A DNA stretch of 63,663 bases from Octopus sinensis (GCF_006345805.1 NW_021831877.1:1-63663), one strand, 5' to 3'. Positions 12,391 to 26,085 are shown, numbered from the stretch's first letter. Made by a program: numbers and translations. Notes: a model not told the origin generated them from the letters alone.

Positions 12391-13329
12391 CTGGTGACTT
12401 CTTCAGTGTGCAACACAATTGCACATGCACACACTGACAACAAGGAATCATGGGAAGTCTCAAAGCCTCATCGGCAGCGAGCTACTTTATTTCATGACAA
12501 TTCGCCGCCTTCTTACCACACGACATCTAACAGGTTTATCAGTCCGTTTTCCTTGCTCATCTACAGGAATTTATCTGTCTGCTTGCCTGCCTGTCTCTCT
12601 CTCTCTCTCTCGAGCATTTATGCAAACATACACAGTAATAAGTAGCAATTTTACTCAGAAACGTTATACTTTTTTTCTTCTGTAAGAGTTGTCTCTCGAC
12701 AGTTTATTGCAAAAGAAAGCAACCAAGATTACACATGCTCATTTATATATTTTTTAGAGGTGTGTATTTGTGTGTCCATGTACGTGCGTGTGTGTGTGTG
12801 TGTGCGTGTGTGCGTGTGCGTGTGCGTGTGTGTATGTGTGTGTGTGCGTATGTAGATTATCGGCTCTATATAAACCTTCTCACGTTCCCGAATCGGTTAA
12901 TTTAAGTCTCCAGCCGAGAAATAACACCGAGTCGTGAACTAGGCTTCGTCGGGGTGTAATATTTCTCTATCTACACCAACAATAAACCTTTTTATATTTT
13001 TGAAGTTTGGATCGTTAGCAACTTTTACGACATGCTTAAAACAAATATGTTTTATTTATTTATTATTATTTTTTTTATGATAGTGATATTGTTTGTGCCC
13101 TTTTGACAGCCGAGGATCCTTGCAGAGTTTTTAGCTGTAAATTACACAACCAGCGATACGTATTTAGAGCTGAAATAAATGTGTGTGTGTGTGATTCCCG
13201 TTTAAGATGTTTTGGTTATGTGCTAGTGGTGAGATATGAACCCCTCATCTGATGAACACCATATCTACTCGACCATCTGTACCTTCTTTTATTGCCTGAA
13301 GCAACTGTTCTTCTATTTGAATCTATAAA

Positions 13330-13500
13330 TAGGCGCAGGCGTGGTTGTGTGTGGTAAGAAGTTTACTTCCCAACCACATGGTTCTGGGTTCAATCCCACT
13401 GCGTGGCAGCTTGGACGAGTGTCTTCTACTACGACATCGGGCCGACCAAACTTTGTAAGTGGAATATGGTAAGCAAAAACTGAAAGAAGACCGTCCTGTA
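13330..13500 (+). mobile_element. SINE family A, 5' half
   Basis: aggcgcaggcgtggttgtgtgtggtaag...ggttcaatcccactgcgtggc head. Confidence 0.8.
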
Positions 13501-13606
13501 TATATATATATATATAATATATTATAATAAATATATATATATATACATGCATATACATACATATATATATATATGTATGTATGTATATATGTGTGTGTGT
13601 ATGTGT

Positions 13607-13757
13607 GTGGAGGCCCAGTGGTCAGGGCAGCGGACTCGCGGTCGTAGGATCGCGGTTTCGATTCCCAGACCGGGTGTTGTGAGTGTTTATTGAGCGAAAA
13701 CACTCAAATTGCCACGAGGCTCCGGCAGGGGGTGGTGGCGATCCCTGCTGTACTTTC
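13607..13757 (+). mobile_element. tRNA-derived SINE family C, 5' part (interrupted by the Tx1 element)
   Basis: ggcccagtggtcagggcagcggactcgcgg...ggtttcgattcccag head; a longer homologue lies on the - strand at ~45515-45810. Confidence 0.75.
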
Positions 13758-14011
13758 TTGTTCTCCGGTTTTACCGGGAAATAATTGAATAATTTCTTAC
13801 CGTTGAACTGTTAGCCACTGTGGCTTTTTATTTACGTGACTATACATAGTCCTGCCAGACTATTTTCGAGCCCCTCCCCCGAATGGGGGTGGGAATTGGA
13901 ATTTTTGAACTGCTTTTTTGAACTACTTTGGAAGAAAAACTTTCTATAGGTTTCCCAGTTTTGTGGGAAACCAATACTCGTAATTTTTGTGTTGTCTAAT
14001 TTCAACAGAAT

Positions 14012-15136
14012 AATGTCTGTTGAAATTATTCACGAAAGTAGTGCTCTTGAGGAGAGCAATGTTAAAAAATTTTCTGAGGTAGCCGCAGTGGCTACCGAGA
14101 AAATTGACATCGATGTCAACCAGCTCGTCGAGCTATTTAAAAAAATGCAAGAGGAGGGTGGTGATGTTAAAATATCACCCTCCGCCAGTATCGTGGAGAC
14201 CGAGAAGCGGACCGTAGTGTTTAAAACTTTCTGTCCACAAAGCAGAAGGTTCAAACACTTTGAAAAAAGTACCATCGAGAAATGCCTGTCCCCGATTTGG
14301 AAGGACATCGTGTACGTCGCCAGGGGACGGGCATATGGCACTGTGGATGTCCGCTTCTCGGGGGAAGAAATGGCCCGCGGGCATTCTGTAAACCCCCTAA
14401 AAACCAAGGAGGTGGTACTTTTTCAAGCTATAGGGGACGCAGGACGTCCCGGTCAGGATTGTAGAAGCCCCGCCGGAAGTAGATCCAGTAGAGGTAGTGG
14501 CCGCCCTATTATAAAAGGGCGGACAAAATAAAAATACTAGAAGTAACATGCTCTACCTCTCGATTTTGGCTCGGCGTAACATTAATATATTAATTCAAGG
14601 AACAGCGGAGGACCTACAGCTCCTTCCTGAGAGGGTGCTCGTGGGCGAGAACGTAGCCCTCAGGGTACAGGTCGAAGGCCGAAAACCCACCTGTTACGCC
14701 TGCGGCAAAAAGGGCCACATTCGTGTAGACTGTCCAGACAAGCAAAAGAAACCGCAGACACCAGGCCCCAGATAATAAAAAAGTCCCTACCCTTGCAACA
14801 CACCTACCCCTACAAAAACAAAATATCCCACTCCTGCTGTTACGGTGCCAACCCCAAAACAGACTGAAGAAAAAACCCAGCCCTCGCACTCACAACCCCT
14901 ACACTATTAAAACCTCCCACCCCCCTAAAAACTGCGGCGCCTACCGAACAAACTTTGCTACCCCAGACGATACCATGGAGGTATCAAGAGGGGGATTTAC
15001 ACCAGTTCGTAAAAGAATTCGTGCAGCATCCCCGTCCACATCCCCTACAAAAAATAATAAAAACAAGACACACACCACAGACACGGAAAAAAAAATCCCG
15101 CTCAACTGGCCCAAAAAAGAAGACAAAAAGAAAATG
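14012..15136 (+). pseudogene. Tx1/L1 ORF1 (gag-like, zinc knuckle), frameshifted
   Basis: CYACGKKGHIRVDC (CX2CX4HX4C) preceded by VEGRKP; Pro/Lys/Thr-rich tail; split over several ORFs. Confidence 0.8.
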
Positions 15137-15423
15137 AACTCATATTAATTGAATTCGACACACAAGACAAATACATAAACGATATTGTGGTTCAGCATCA
15201 GTCAGCAAGACTGTACAACAAAAATACAAAGATCGAAATAGACACGCGTGGATTGCGGAAACGACGTTCAAACAATAAAAGACAGACACCCAAACGCCAT
15301 CCGGCATGTCGCGAACTTGCCGGACTATCTGAAGAAAGAGGAGAAAGAAGGGGCCCACAAACGTGTGGTGAGGTCGGCCCCCACCTCTCCAACGAAATGT
15401 AAGTAGAACTTTTACTTTTTGTA

Positions 15424-17510
15424 ATGGCTTCGCTTAACCTTGGTTGTTTAAATGTGCGTGGTCTGAGTTCGAAGTGGAAGCAGGCTTGTTTCCTCGACGA
15501 CCTCAGATCACATGATATACATGTGATGGTTGCTACAGAGACCAAGCTGGACAGCCTACAAACCTTCTCGCCTCTCCTGAATGGCTACGAGAAAATCATG
15601 TCTCCTGGCCAGACCGGAGGGCGAGGGGGCGTAGTGGTACTGATCCGTAAAGACTTGGCTCTACAGACAAGTACAGTCTATGTAGACCCAGAAGGTGGGC
15701 TGGTCGTCCTTGATGTGACATACAGCAGTAAGGCCTTCAGGTTGATCGGACTCTATGCACCTTGTGCTAGAGGTTTCCAAACTGATTTTTATCGGCGCCT
15801 AGAGGGCTTTCTCGTGACGTCGAAGACTTTAGGGGACTTTAATGCTATCGTTGACGTACACATCGATAGCGTTGGCTCGATCTATAGGAAAGTGAACTCA
15901 CGTCTCGTGGATCTGCTTAAGCGGTTTCAGCTAGCAGATCGTTACAGACTTGACCATCCGAACGTCCCAGAGTGGACCTGGATGAGTGGCGACGGAAGGT
16001 TCAAGTCTTATCTAGACAGGATAGTGATAAGAACTAGAGATAAGTCTAGTTTTAGTTGTCCACAGCTCGTCCAGTGCCCTATACTGACCATAGAATGGTC
16101 ACGTGTAGACTGGACATAGATAGCACACTTAAGATAGGAACCGGCTACTGGAAGCTGAACAAGTCTATTTTGACGCGAGGCATACCGTAGCCGGATTAAG
16201 GTGTTAGTGCAGAGGGCGTTAACCGGAGCCGTGGTTAATAACCGGTGGTGGTTCACCCTCAAAAGAGCCATTCGATTCGGTCCATTAGATTTAGTAAACA
16301 ACTAAGACTAGATAGGGCTAGAATAGAAGGGCAACTAGTTAAGAACTTAGAGGAGGTTGAGGTTGGCTCTGCATCTCACATTTTAGCGGCGAGAACGGCA
16401 TTAGACCGTCACCTCAAAACCAAACATGAGGGATGTAGAGTCCGGGCTAAAGTACGAGCATTGGCCGTGAGGGAATTAATGTTGCCGGATGGTCCCGTAC
16501 GATAGAAACACAGCGTGGAAACGATGCCACAATTGGGTCTCTTGTTGATGAAAACGGATGCACGATCAAGAAGCGGGACGAGATGTGTGAGGCACTTCAC
16601 AAGCACTTCGCCGAGTTGTTCGGGAGGTGCGGGACGCTGGATCATGGTGAGGCCCTTAGGGACTTCCTGTCTGGTGGCCCGCGCCTCTCGACACGAGAGG
16701 CTGAGTGCTGTGAAGGGCCAATCACAGCCGAGGAAGTAATCGAGGTGTTGGGCAAGTGCCCCGGGGAGAAGTCGCCGGGTCTCGATGGTCTGCCCTATGA
16801 ATTTTAGAAGTATGCCAGACTTGTTCGGGCACCTGCTGGCTAGCGTCTACGCCAACTGGCAGCAGAATGGGAGAATTCCAAGTCTGCGAGCCGGAGGCGG
16901 TGACGTTGATCAGGAAGGACCCGAACAAGGGGGACGAGATAGGGAACTTCAGGCCTATACTCTGTTAAACACAGAGTTAAAGATTCTGGCCAAGGTGCTA
17001 GCAAAAAGGTTGGCGCGGGTCGTGGACAAACTTGTCGGGAAGCGCAAACGTGCGCTATCCCCGGCAGAACGATCCACGACAATCTCCACCTTATACGCTA
17101 CTCCTTAGAGAGGGTGGGGAAGCTTTCTGGCGCAGGGGAGCACTGGTACATTTAGACCAGTCCAAAGCATTTGATAGGGTCGACCATCGGTACCTGGCGG
17201 CGGTCCTCGGAGAGGCTGGCCTAGGCCCGACCTTTCGAGGTTGGATGGATCGCTGCTTTGTATAGCGACATCGAGTCTGTAGTCAAAGTGAACGGTTCCT
17301 TTTCGAAGCCGTTCAGGATCGAGCGTTCAGTTCGTCAAGGGTGTCTCCTGTCCTCGCTCCTATACGTATTGGCTCTTGAGCCTTTGCTGCGGAAGTTGGA
17401 GGCACTAGGGGGCGCGCCGCATGATCTATGGTGTGGAAGAGGAGCTACGGCGTATGCGGATGACACCTCCATCATCGTGGCAGACGATGGCTGGGTGTCC
17501 GTCCTTCGAC
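15424..17510 (+). pseudogene. Tx1/L1 ORF2: AP endonuclease + reverse transcriptase, frameshifted
   Basis: LNVRGL, ETK, GDFNA, SYLDRI (APE); KSPGLDGLPYEF, LLNTELKILAKVLAKRL, LDQSKAFDRVDH, VRQGCLLS, AYADD (RT). Confidence 0.92.
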
Positions 17511-17679
17511 ATGATCATTAATATTTTTAAACATTGCCTTCGTAAAATTCATTGTTTATAATCTTATCCGTAATTTCATTCGAAAATTGTAACTGTGTTA
17601 AGCTACTTCACCCTTTATATTTGTCTGTCCTTGTTTGTCCCCTCTTTGTAAATGCCTAAATGGCAAATTATATGAAATA

Positions 17680-17828
17680 AAGTAGCTTGCGGGCCAACCA
17701 CATGGATCTGGGTTCAGTTTCACTGCGTGGCACCTTGAGTAAGTGTCTTCTACTATAGCCTCGGGCTGACCAAAACCTTGTGAGTGGATTTGGTAGACGG
17801 AAACTGAAAGATGCCAGGCGTATATATG

Positions 17829-17861
<33 letters not shown>

Positions 17862-18222
17862 TTGTGTGTTTGACTCCCCACCATCGCTTGACAAGCAATG
17901 TTGGTGTGTTTACATCCCCATAACTTAACGGTTTGTCAAATGACACTGATAGAATAAGTACTAGGCTTACAAAAGAATAAGTCCTGAGGTTAATTTGTTC
18001 GACTAAAGGCGGTGTTTCCAACACGTCCTTAGTAAAATGACTGAAACAAATAAAAGAATACATATATATACGATGGGCTTCTTTTCAGTTTCCGTCTACC
18101 AAGTCCACTAATAAGGTTTTGATCGGCCCGAGGCTATAGTAGAAGACACTTGCCCAAGGTATCACGTAGTGGAACTGAACCCGGACCCGAGTGGTTGGGA
18201 AGCACATAGCCACGCCTGCACC
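17680..18222. mobile_element. Two SINE family A copies in opposite orientation
   Basis: + copy at ~17680-18060 and - copy (5' half) at ~18065-18222. Confidence 0.8.
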
Positions 18223-18516
18223 TTTATATAATTAGTGTTTATTATGTAAAAAAATTAATTCCAACAGAAGTCTACAAGTGTCAATCCCCGAGGGTGACTG
18301 AATTCTTGTAGCAAGTGGGACACATATGTTTAGCGGCATTTCTTCCTGCTTTTCACTTTCTGAGTTCAAATGCTGTTGAGCTCAACTTTACTTTGATTCG
18401 TTCGGGCCGATAAAATAAAGTATCAATCAGTTACTAGAGTCGATGTTATCGAATTGTCCTCTTCCCTCAAAAATTTGTTCGCCTCGAACCTGCAACGGGC
18501 TGGTATCCGTTAAGGG

Positions 18517-18748
18517 AGGGCGGCAAGCTGGCAGAAACGTTAGCACGCCGGGCGAAATGCGTAGCCGTATTTCGTCTGCCGTTACGTTCTGAGTTCAAAT
18601 TCCGCCGAGGTCGACTTTGCCTTTCATCCTTTCGGGGTCGATAAATTAAGTACCAGTTATGCACTGGGGTCGATATAATCGACTTAATCCGTTTGTCTGT
18701 CCTTGTTTGTCCTCTCTATGTTTAGCCCCTTGTGGGTAGTAAAGAAGT
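18517..18748 (+). mobile_element. SINE family B with 16-bp TSD
   Basis: TSD tggtatccgttaaggg at 18501-18516 and 18749-18764. Confidence 0.9.
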
Positions 18749-19407
18749 TGGTATCCGTTAAGGGGAAGAGGATTGTTATGATCTCGGGCATTTATATGCC
18801 ATAGAAACCGTATAACTGGTTATACGTAGTTATGGCTCGCCTTGGCATCCAGGACCATTACATGACAGTATAATTTGTGTGATAAATCCCGGGACAAAAA
18901 GGAAAAAAAAATTAACAAAGAAAAGAAAGAAAACTGAAAGATATACGTGCCTTGTGATTCAGAATAACAAGTATCTTCTCTTATTTACCATTCTCAGCAG
19001 TTTTCATTGAACGTCTGTTTCAAAAGTTAAACGTAATAGACTTGTGTTTATTGATCTATTTATCAATCTGGATTCTCTTTTCACAAAGCTTTCTTTTTGC
19101 GTCTAGATTATTAGCTCTCTGTCTGGGAAATATAAGATATTTATTGTGTATAATATATATTATTGACATAAATTGTTTAAGTATTATATACCATTATCTC
19201 TTATAAGGTCTTCGCATGGGTTGGCATGAAAAGCCATACTGTTTAGAACCACGTATCTAAAGTTCAATCCTACTGTGCGACACTCTTAGCAAGTGACTTC
19301 GACCATAGGCTCCAAACTTTGTCAATAAAATTGTGTAAACAGTTGAGGTGTACCCGTTCTTCCTATGTGACACCCGGTTAAATGGTAATAAAAATAAGTA
19401 AGTATTG

Positions 19408-19827
19408 GGATCTTTTCGGTTTGAACGGCAGTTTTTTCTAGCGGTGTCATATGAAATTGTCACCCATAATTATGACCCTAGTATCGATCTATTGCATTTC
19501 AATCTGTTTTAGGGTTAGGGTTAGTTAGGCTTAGGGGTGAGGTATCTTTTTTTCAGAAATGTAAATAAACCCAATCTGTTTCTTAAACGAGGAACATATT
19601 CATACGACACAGAATGTTTTCACCTCAATGGACGTCAGTGATTGGTTGGTTGAAATTGCAGAAATTGAAGAAAATATCTTACAAATATCTTACAAACTAT
19701 AGAATTTTCTCAATAAAGCCAAGAGAAAAAGATGTTTTATAAACACATTCTACCAGTATACGAAGTTTAAAATTTTTTAGTTACCTAGAAATTATGCTAA
19801 AAACTGCCGTTCAAACCGAAAAGATCA
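19408..19827. mobile_element. Non-autonomous DNA transposon (MITE), GG-terminated TIR, 8-bp TSD (Merlin-like)
   Basis: TIR ggatcttttcggtttgaacggcagtttt / aaaactgccgttcaaaccgaaaagatc; TSD aagtattg at 19400-19407 and 19828-19835; internal ttaggg repeats. Confidence 0.88.
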
Positions 19828-20963
19828 AAGTATTGTTTCCAGTCCCAGAACTTATAAGTCTAATTCAGCGGTTTCCATAGTGTACAAATGACAGAGATGA
19901 CAACATTTGCCCCAGGATAGGGCGCCAGTCCAACGTAGGGTTACTCATTTACAGACGAGTTGACTGGAACTACGTGAAATGGAGGGTTTTGCTCATAAAA
20001 ACAACCTACTCCTGGTCCGAGAATCGAAACCATGACAACAAAATTGTGAATGTAACACCCTAACTAATAAACCTCGTGCCTTCACTAAACGGTTGTACCT
20101 TAATACAACTCTGTATTAAGATAGCGTCTCCATTTTTTAACCTTATTTGAAATCTTGGAACGTTACCTCTCGAAATTCCCTACAGAAATTCTGAAATTCC
20201 ACTGAGGGAATTCTTCGTCACCTGTAGTCTTGAAAACGTTCTTCTTCTTTTAATTAAGCCTTATGGAAGAAAACAGAAAATTTTAAACCAGGCTACCTTC
20301 CAGGGATAAGGTTTTTTTTTTTTTTTTTTTTTACCTAAATTGATTTCTCATAAACTTTGTAGAAATTTTTGTCGGAAAGACTTGTGAGATTCTAGTAAAA
20401 AAAAAAACGAGCAGAAATTTCTTCGAAGAATATAGAAAAAGATTGGGGAAAGTTAGCTCACATGCCTCTACTTTATCTTTTTCTTTCCAATTTAATTTCT
20501 TGTGAGTCTTATAGAAATTTTAGCCTGAAATTATTGAATAGTTCTTGTAAGGTGCCAAGCTGTAATTTTTCAAGAAGAAAATAGAGTAAATTTGGTGCTA
20601 GTTCAGTTCGTACATTTTCTTTTTAAGAAACTAGTTTAAATTTTATGAACTATTGTAGACATTTATATCAGGATTTGCTGCGCCAAATTTCCCAGGAATT
20701 GTTTTAACAATATTGATGACTTTCTTATAATTTGTGAAATAGAGATAAGGTCTTTCCTTAAGAATTGTGTCTTGTGTGTGACATATTGTGCATTTCACTT
20801 TTGTTGAGTTGTTATAGATACTTGAGTGCTACCAATCATAAAGTGTTATAACTTTACACCATTGGGGATAATATCAAGAAATATGGCATGCACACAATGA
20901 TTATAGTTTACTTTTGCTAAATGATGATGCGAAACAAATTTTCAGTTGATAAATATTTATTAT

Positions 20964-21197
20964 CTATTTCTTTACTACCCACAAGGGGCTAAACACAGAG
21001 GGAACAAACAAGGACAGACACACGGATTAAGTCGATTACATCGACCCCAGTGCGTAACTGGTACTTATTTAATCGACCTCGAAAGGATGAAAGGCAAAGT
21101 CGACCTCGGCGGAATTTGAACTCAGAACGTAACGGTAGACGAAATACGGCTACGCATTTCGCCCGGCGTGTTAACGTTTCTGTCCGGCTCGCCGTCT
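20964..21197 (-). mobile_element. SINE family B
   Basis: Near-identical to 8013-8245. Confidence 0.88.
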
Positions 21198-21710
21198 TCC
21201 CAATTAATATTTATATCGGTTATCATTATACAGGGAATCGTTATACACAAGTTCTCTTCTAAGAGTAAAACAGTGATTTCTTTTGTTTTTGCAGGCAATA
21301 CAGAAGACATTTTTTGGTTCACGTATTTCATTATATCAAGTTTATTGATGGGTATATTTCATAAAGTACCCTGAATATTACTTGATTGCATATGGAGACA
21401 TTTATCTGTTAGTGTAGTTTACACCTGTTACTTAATTGTAAAATGCCAATGACACTTTACTACCTTTAGTATATCTTTTTGCTGTGGCTTTGTGTTTCGT
21501 GCAGTGTAGTCACGTGCCAAACATGTTGATTTGTTATTACCCACAAGGGGCCAACAAAGAGGGGGCAATACAATCTAATTTTGGGGTCAGATGAGTGAAT
21601 GATTATACAAAAAAGAAGACATTAAAAATTTTACAAAAATAAGAAAATATAATAAAATCGAATGATAAGACAGACCGGAAGACATTACGGATGGAATGGG
21701 GGTGCGGGTT

Positions 21711-21968
21711 AATTTCTGTAATTTCAACCAATCACTGACGTCTATTGAGGTAAAAAAAACATTCTGTGCCGTAAGAATACGTCCCTCGTTTAAGAAACAG
21801 ATTGAGTTTATTTACATATGTGAAGAAAAAAAGATACCCTTCCCCCCACCCCTAACCCTAACCCTAAAACAGATTGAAATGCAATAGATCGATACTAAGG
21901 TCATAATTATGGGTGACAATTTCATATGACACCGCTAGAAAAAACTGCCGTTCAAACCGAAAAGATCT
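21711..21968. mobile_element. Partial copy of the GG-TIR MITE (one TIR)
   Basis: Homologous to the right half of 23025-23457. Confidence 0.85.
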
Positions 21969-22439
21969 CTATTCCGTGGCCAGAATGAAGAAACACACGA
22001 CCAACGCCAGTCCACTTAGATTTAACGGGTTAAGCTGACCTGAACTTTTACAACAACAACAACAAAACTAATTAAAAAATATTGTGCAATTAAACACTAA
22101 CATCGTTGTTAATACTCCACTTGAAATTGACAATAGACGAGAGACGACTAAAACAGTTGGACAAACACATTGTTAAGCCTGAACAGCATTCGTCAACATT
22201 TCGCTGCAGTTAACCAATTTGATATTTATAAAATATAAGTCAAGATGTTGGTAATGTATGGCTTTTGGTCTCTTAAATCATTATGTTGTACTGTTGTTGT
22301 TATATTTTATAGTAGTCTATGGGTAATGTGGTGACATAAGGTAGTAGTAAAGATAGAAATGAATGCGACTCAACAGATATTATAACATCATAAGCAAGAA
22401 AAAAAAAAACATCGGAAATGTGAAGAGAAATGATGGTTT

Positions 22440-22815
22440 CGAATTTTATCACAAGGGCAACCATTTTGGGGCAGGTGATGAATCGATTACATCGACTCCA
22501 GTGTTCGACCCCGAAAAAAAAATGAAAGGCAAAGTCGACCTCGGCGGAATTTGAATTCAGATCTAAGTGACGGGCGAAATATCTATTTCTTTACTACCCA
22601 CAAGGGGCTAAACACAGAGGACAAACAAGGACAGACAAACGGATTAATTCGATTATATCGACCCCAGTGCGTAACTTATACTTATTTAATTGACCCCGTA
22701 AGGATGAAAGGCAAAGTTGACCTCGGCGGAATTTGAACTCAGAACGTAACGGTAGACGAAATACGGCTACGCATTTCACCCGGCGTGCTAACGTTTCTGC
22801 CAGCTCGCCGCCTTA
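22440..22815 (-). mobile_element. SINE family B inserted into an older SINE B
   Basis: Full copy ~22582-22815 abuts the internal gaaata(t/c) site of a diverged copy. Confidence 0.8.
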
Positions 22816-23024
22816 GATACGGAGAGCAATAATGGAAACACGCTACCCTCATCCCTGAAAAGTTGTCTTCGTAAATTTGTTCATACTATACTTCAATAAC
22901 GAAAACGGTTTGCTTTTTCTTTATTTTTTCTTTTTCTTTTTGCTTTTCTAATCCGGACGCTATGTCAGCAATTTGGGGGAACATGGTCAGTCAATTTCTT
23001 TGGCTTCAGCATTACACCGGACCT

Positions 23025-23457
23025 GGATCTTTTCGGTTTGAACGGCAGTTTTTTAAAAATAATTTCCACGTAACTAAACACTTTTAAACTTCGTATACTG
23101 GTAGAATGTGTTTATAAAACATCTTTTTCTCTTGGCTTTATTGAGAAAATTCTATAGTTTGTAAGATATTTGTAAGATATTTTCTTCAATTTCTGCAATT
23201 TCAACCAATCAATGACGTCTATTGAGGTGAAAACATTCTGTGCCGTATGAATATGTCCCTCGTTTAAGAAACAGATTGGGTTTATTTACATTTCTGAAAA
23301 AAAAAAAAGATACCCTTCCATCACCCATAACCCTAACTAAGCCTAACTAACCCTAAAACAGATTGAAATGCAATAGATCGATACTAGGGTCATAATTATG
23401 GGTGACAATTTCATATGACACCGCTAGAAAAAACTACCGTTCAAACCGAAAAGATCT
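23025..23457. mobile_element. GG-TIR MITE, full copy, inverted relative to 19408-19827
   Basis: Same TIRs; imperfect 8-bp flanks ccggacct / ccgaccct. Confidence 0.88.
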
Positions 23458-24844
23458 CCGACCCTTTATTTTATCGACCCCTGGAAGAAGAAAAGCAAAG
23501 TTGATCTCACTAGGATTTAAGCTCATGACGTAATTACCCCCTTTTGAGGTGGAAGTAATAGTGCTCTTTGGCGCTTTATAATTCTTTCCACTATAGGCAC
23601 AATGTGTGAAAATTAGGAGAGGGTTAGTCGAATGCACCGAACCTAGAACCTTCATTGGTATTATATTTTAGCGATCCGGAGAGGACGAAAGCAAATAGCT
23701 CTTGGTGACATTTAAACACAGAACATACATTCGGAAGAAATGCCGCTAGGCATTTCGTCCGTCATGCTAACGATTCTGCCAGCTCACTGCCTTTTATGCT
23801 TTATAATAGGTTCCAAATTTTGGAACCTGGCTTGCAAGTTCGTGGATGAGGGGTAAGCTGATTATATCGACACCAGCGCTCAATTCGTACTTATTTTATC
23901 GACTTCGAAAGGATGAATGGCAAAGTCAATTTCGGCGGAATTTGAAATCAGAAAGATAAAGATGGACGAAATACCGCAAAGAATTTTGCCAGCTTTCTGC
24001 CTTTTATGCTTTATAATACAAACAAAAAAACTTACGATAGAACGAGAGTGCAATCTGCCATGAAGAAGTCCAAAGAATGGTCTTTCATCAATATAGCTAT
24101 ACGTGCAAACTAGAATAATGTGAAGACAGATAGCGCGAAAGTCAGGAAGTACAAAGCTCGTCAGGACATTCAGTGACTTCAGACAGGAAAACTGACCCAA
24201 ATATCTACGTCATATTGAATTCTGAGGAAAGACAACAACCGAAGAACCAGGTATCGAATAACACAATATTTCTAAAGAATTTACAGAAGAAGAAAGCAAG
24301 AAACAGCTTAAAGTATAATGATATTGATTATTTTCTGATCCCTGAATGCTAGTTAAAAAAGAAAACTTTCGGGTCATTTTTCTTTTTCTTTTTTTTCTTC
24401 TTTTTTTTTTTTGTCACTGGCAGACATGTGACTGTGTGTAATATTTGTTCCTCTCCCTGTTCTTTGTTTTACCTCCATTTCAACAACATTTTACGAGAGA
24501 AAAAAAAAAAGGTAGAAAAAAATCAGATGAAACTAATAATAATGATGATGATGATGATGATAGACGTTTTAATGGCGATTTAAAAGACACAGCTATCGTT
24601 ATGTGTTAACCTTTGTCTTTTTCATATTCGTTCGGGGACCGATTGTTGAATGGAAGTTTCGTTTTATGAGAGGTAATTTTGGAAGCACAAAAAACAGTTC
24701 AATGTACATAAAAAAACCTGAAGCCCTACTTTTTTTAATGTTGTAAGGGATCACACAGCTATGCATGCCGACATTCTTTCCAAATTCTCAAAGGAATGGC
24801 AGAAAGTAAATTGAGTTGTCGTCGTAGTTTTCGTATACCAATTA

Positions 24845-25188
24845 TTCTTCTTCTTCTTCTTCTTCTTCTTCTTCTTTTCCTTCTTCTTCTTCTTCTTTTC
24901 CTTCTTCTTCTTCTTCTTCTTCTTCTTCTTCTTCTTCTTCTTCTTCTTCTTCTTTTCCTTCTTCTTCTTCTCCTTTTCCTTCTTCTTCTTCTTCTTCTTC
25001 TTCTCCTTTTCCTTCTTCTTCTTCTTCTTCTTCTTCTTCTTCTTTTCCTTCTTCTTCTTCTCCTTTTCCTTCTACTTCTTCTTCTTCCCCTTCTTCTTCT
25101 TCTTCTTCTTCTTCTTCTTCTTTTCCTTTTGTTCTTCTTCCTTTTCTTCTTCTTCTTCTTCTTCTTTTCCTTTTCTTCTTCTTCTTCT
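24845..25188. repeat. (CTT)n polypyrimidine tract
   Basis: Direct inspection; source of the poly-R and poly-L ORFs. Confidence 0.95.
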
Positions 25189-25554
25189 GGAATGTGCTTT
25201 ACACACACACACACAGTCTCACACACAAAGAGGCGCACACACACTCGCATATACACACGCGCGCTTTTATACACACAACTGAAATCGAAGCTTTTTCCTC
25301 CGTCACTACTTTCGGTTTCACTGAGATTAATAATGATGAAAATACAAAACTCAGAGTACTTTCTGTGGAAACGATAACTTCAAGAATGAGGACAGAATCC
25401 TTTCGCAAAACTCATTCATCAAAATTTGTTTTTTCCTTTTATCACAGCCAGTGTCCAATGATATATGCAAAAAGAATTCTACAAAGATGTTACAAAAAAG
25501 ATCGAAATAGAAAGTCAAAGATACATAAACCGAATCGTTAAATACGAGATATTA

Positions 25555-25777
25555 CTCTTTTACTCTTTTACTTGTTTCAGTCATTTGATTGCGGCCATGC
25601 TGGAGCACCGCCTTTAGTCGAAGAAATCGACCCCCAGGACATATTCTTTGTAAGCCTGGTACTAATTCTATCGGTCTCTTTTTGCCGAACCGCTAAGTTA
25701 CGGGGACGTAAACACACCAGCATCGGTTGTCAAGCGATGCTGGGAGTGGGGGGGGGGGGCAAACACAGACACACAAC

Positions 25778-25821
<44 letters not shown>

Positions 25822-26085
25822 TACACACCATATATATATAACATATATACGACTGGCTTCTTTCAGTTTCCGTCTACCAAATCCACTCACAAGGTTTTGG
25901 TCAGCCCGAGGCTATAGTAGAAGACACTTGCCCAAGGTGCCACGCAGTGGGACTGAACCCGGAACCATGTGGCTTGTAGGCTTACAAAGAATGAGTGCTG
26001 GGGTCGATTTGCTCGACTACAGGCGGTGCTCCAGCATGGCCGCAGTCAAATGACTGAATCAAGTAAACGAGTAAAGAGAGAGAGT
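25555..26085. mobile_element. SINE family A (- strand) fused to an inverted 3' fragment (+ strand)
   Basis: - copy 25555-25975, then + strand 3' end ...ggcggtgctccagcatggccgcagtcaaatgactga. Confidence 0.8.

Larger units (their letters stand above)
13758..17510 (+). mobile_element. Tx1/L1-clade non-LTR retrotransposon, frameshifted and 3'-truncated
   Basis: 5' UTR, ORF1 with a CCHC knuckle, and ORF2 with APE endonuclease and RT; GC-richer than the flanks. Boundaries approximate. Confidence 0.92.

Noticed and set aside
13250-13280. CTGATGA motif
   Set aside because: No downstream GAAA or flanking stems, so no hammerhead fold.
19509-19540. TTAGGG repeats as a telomere or interstitial telomeric array
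   Set aside because: Only 2-4 units, internal to a MITE and present in all three copies.
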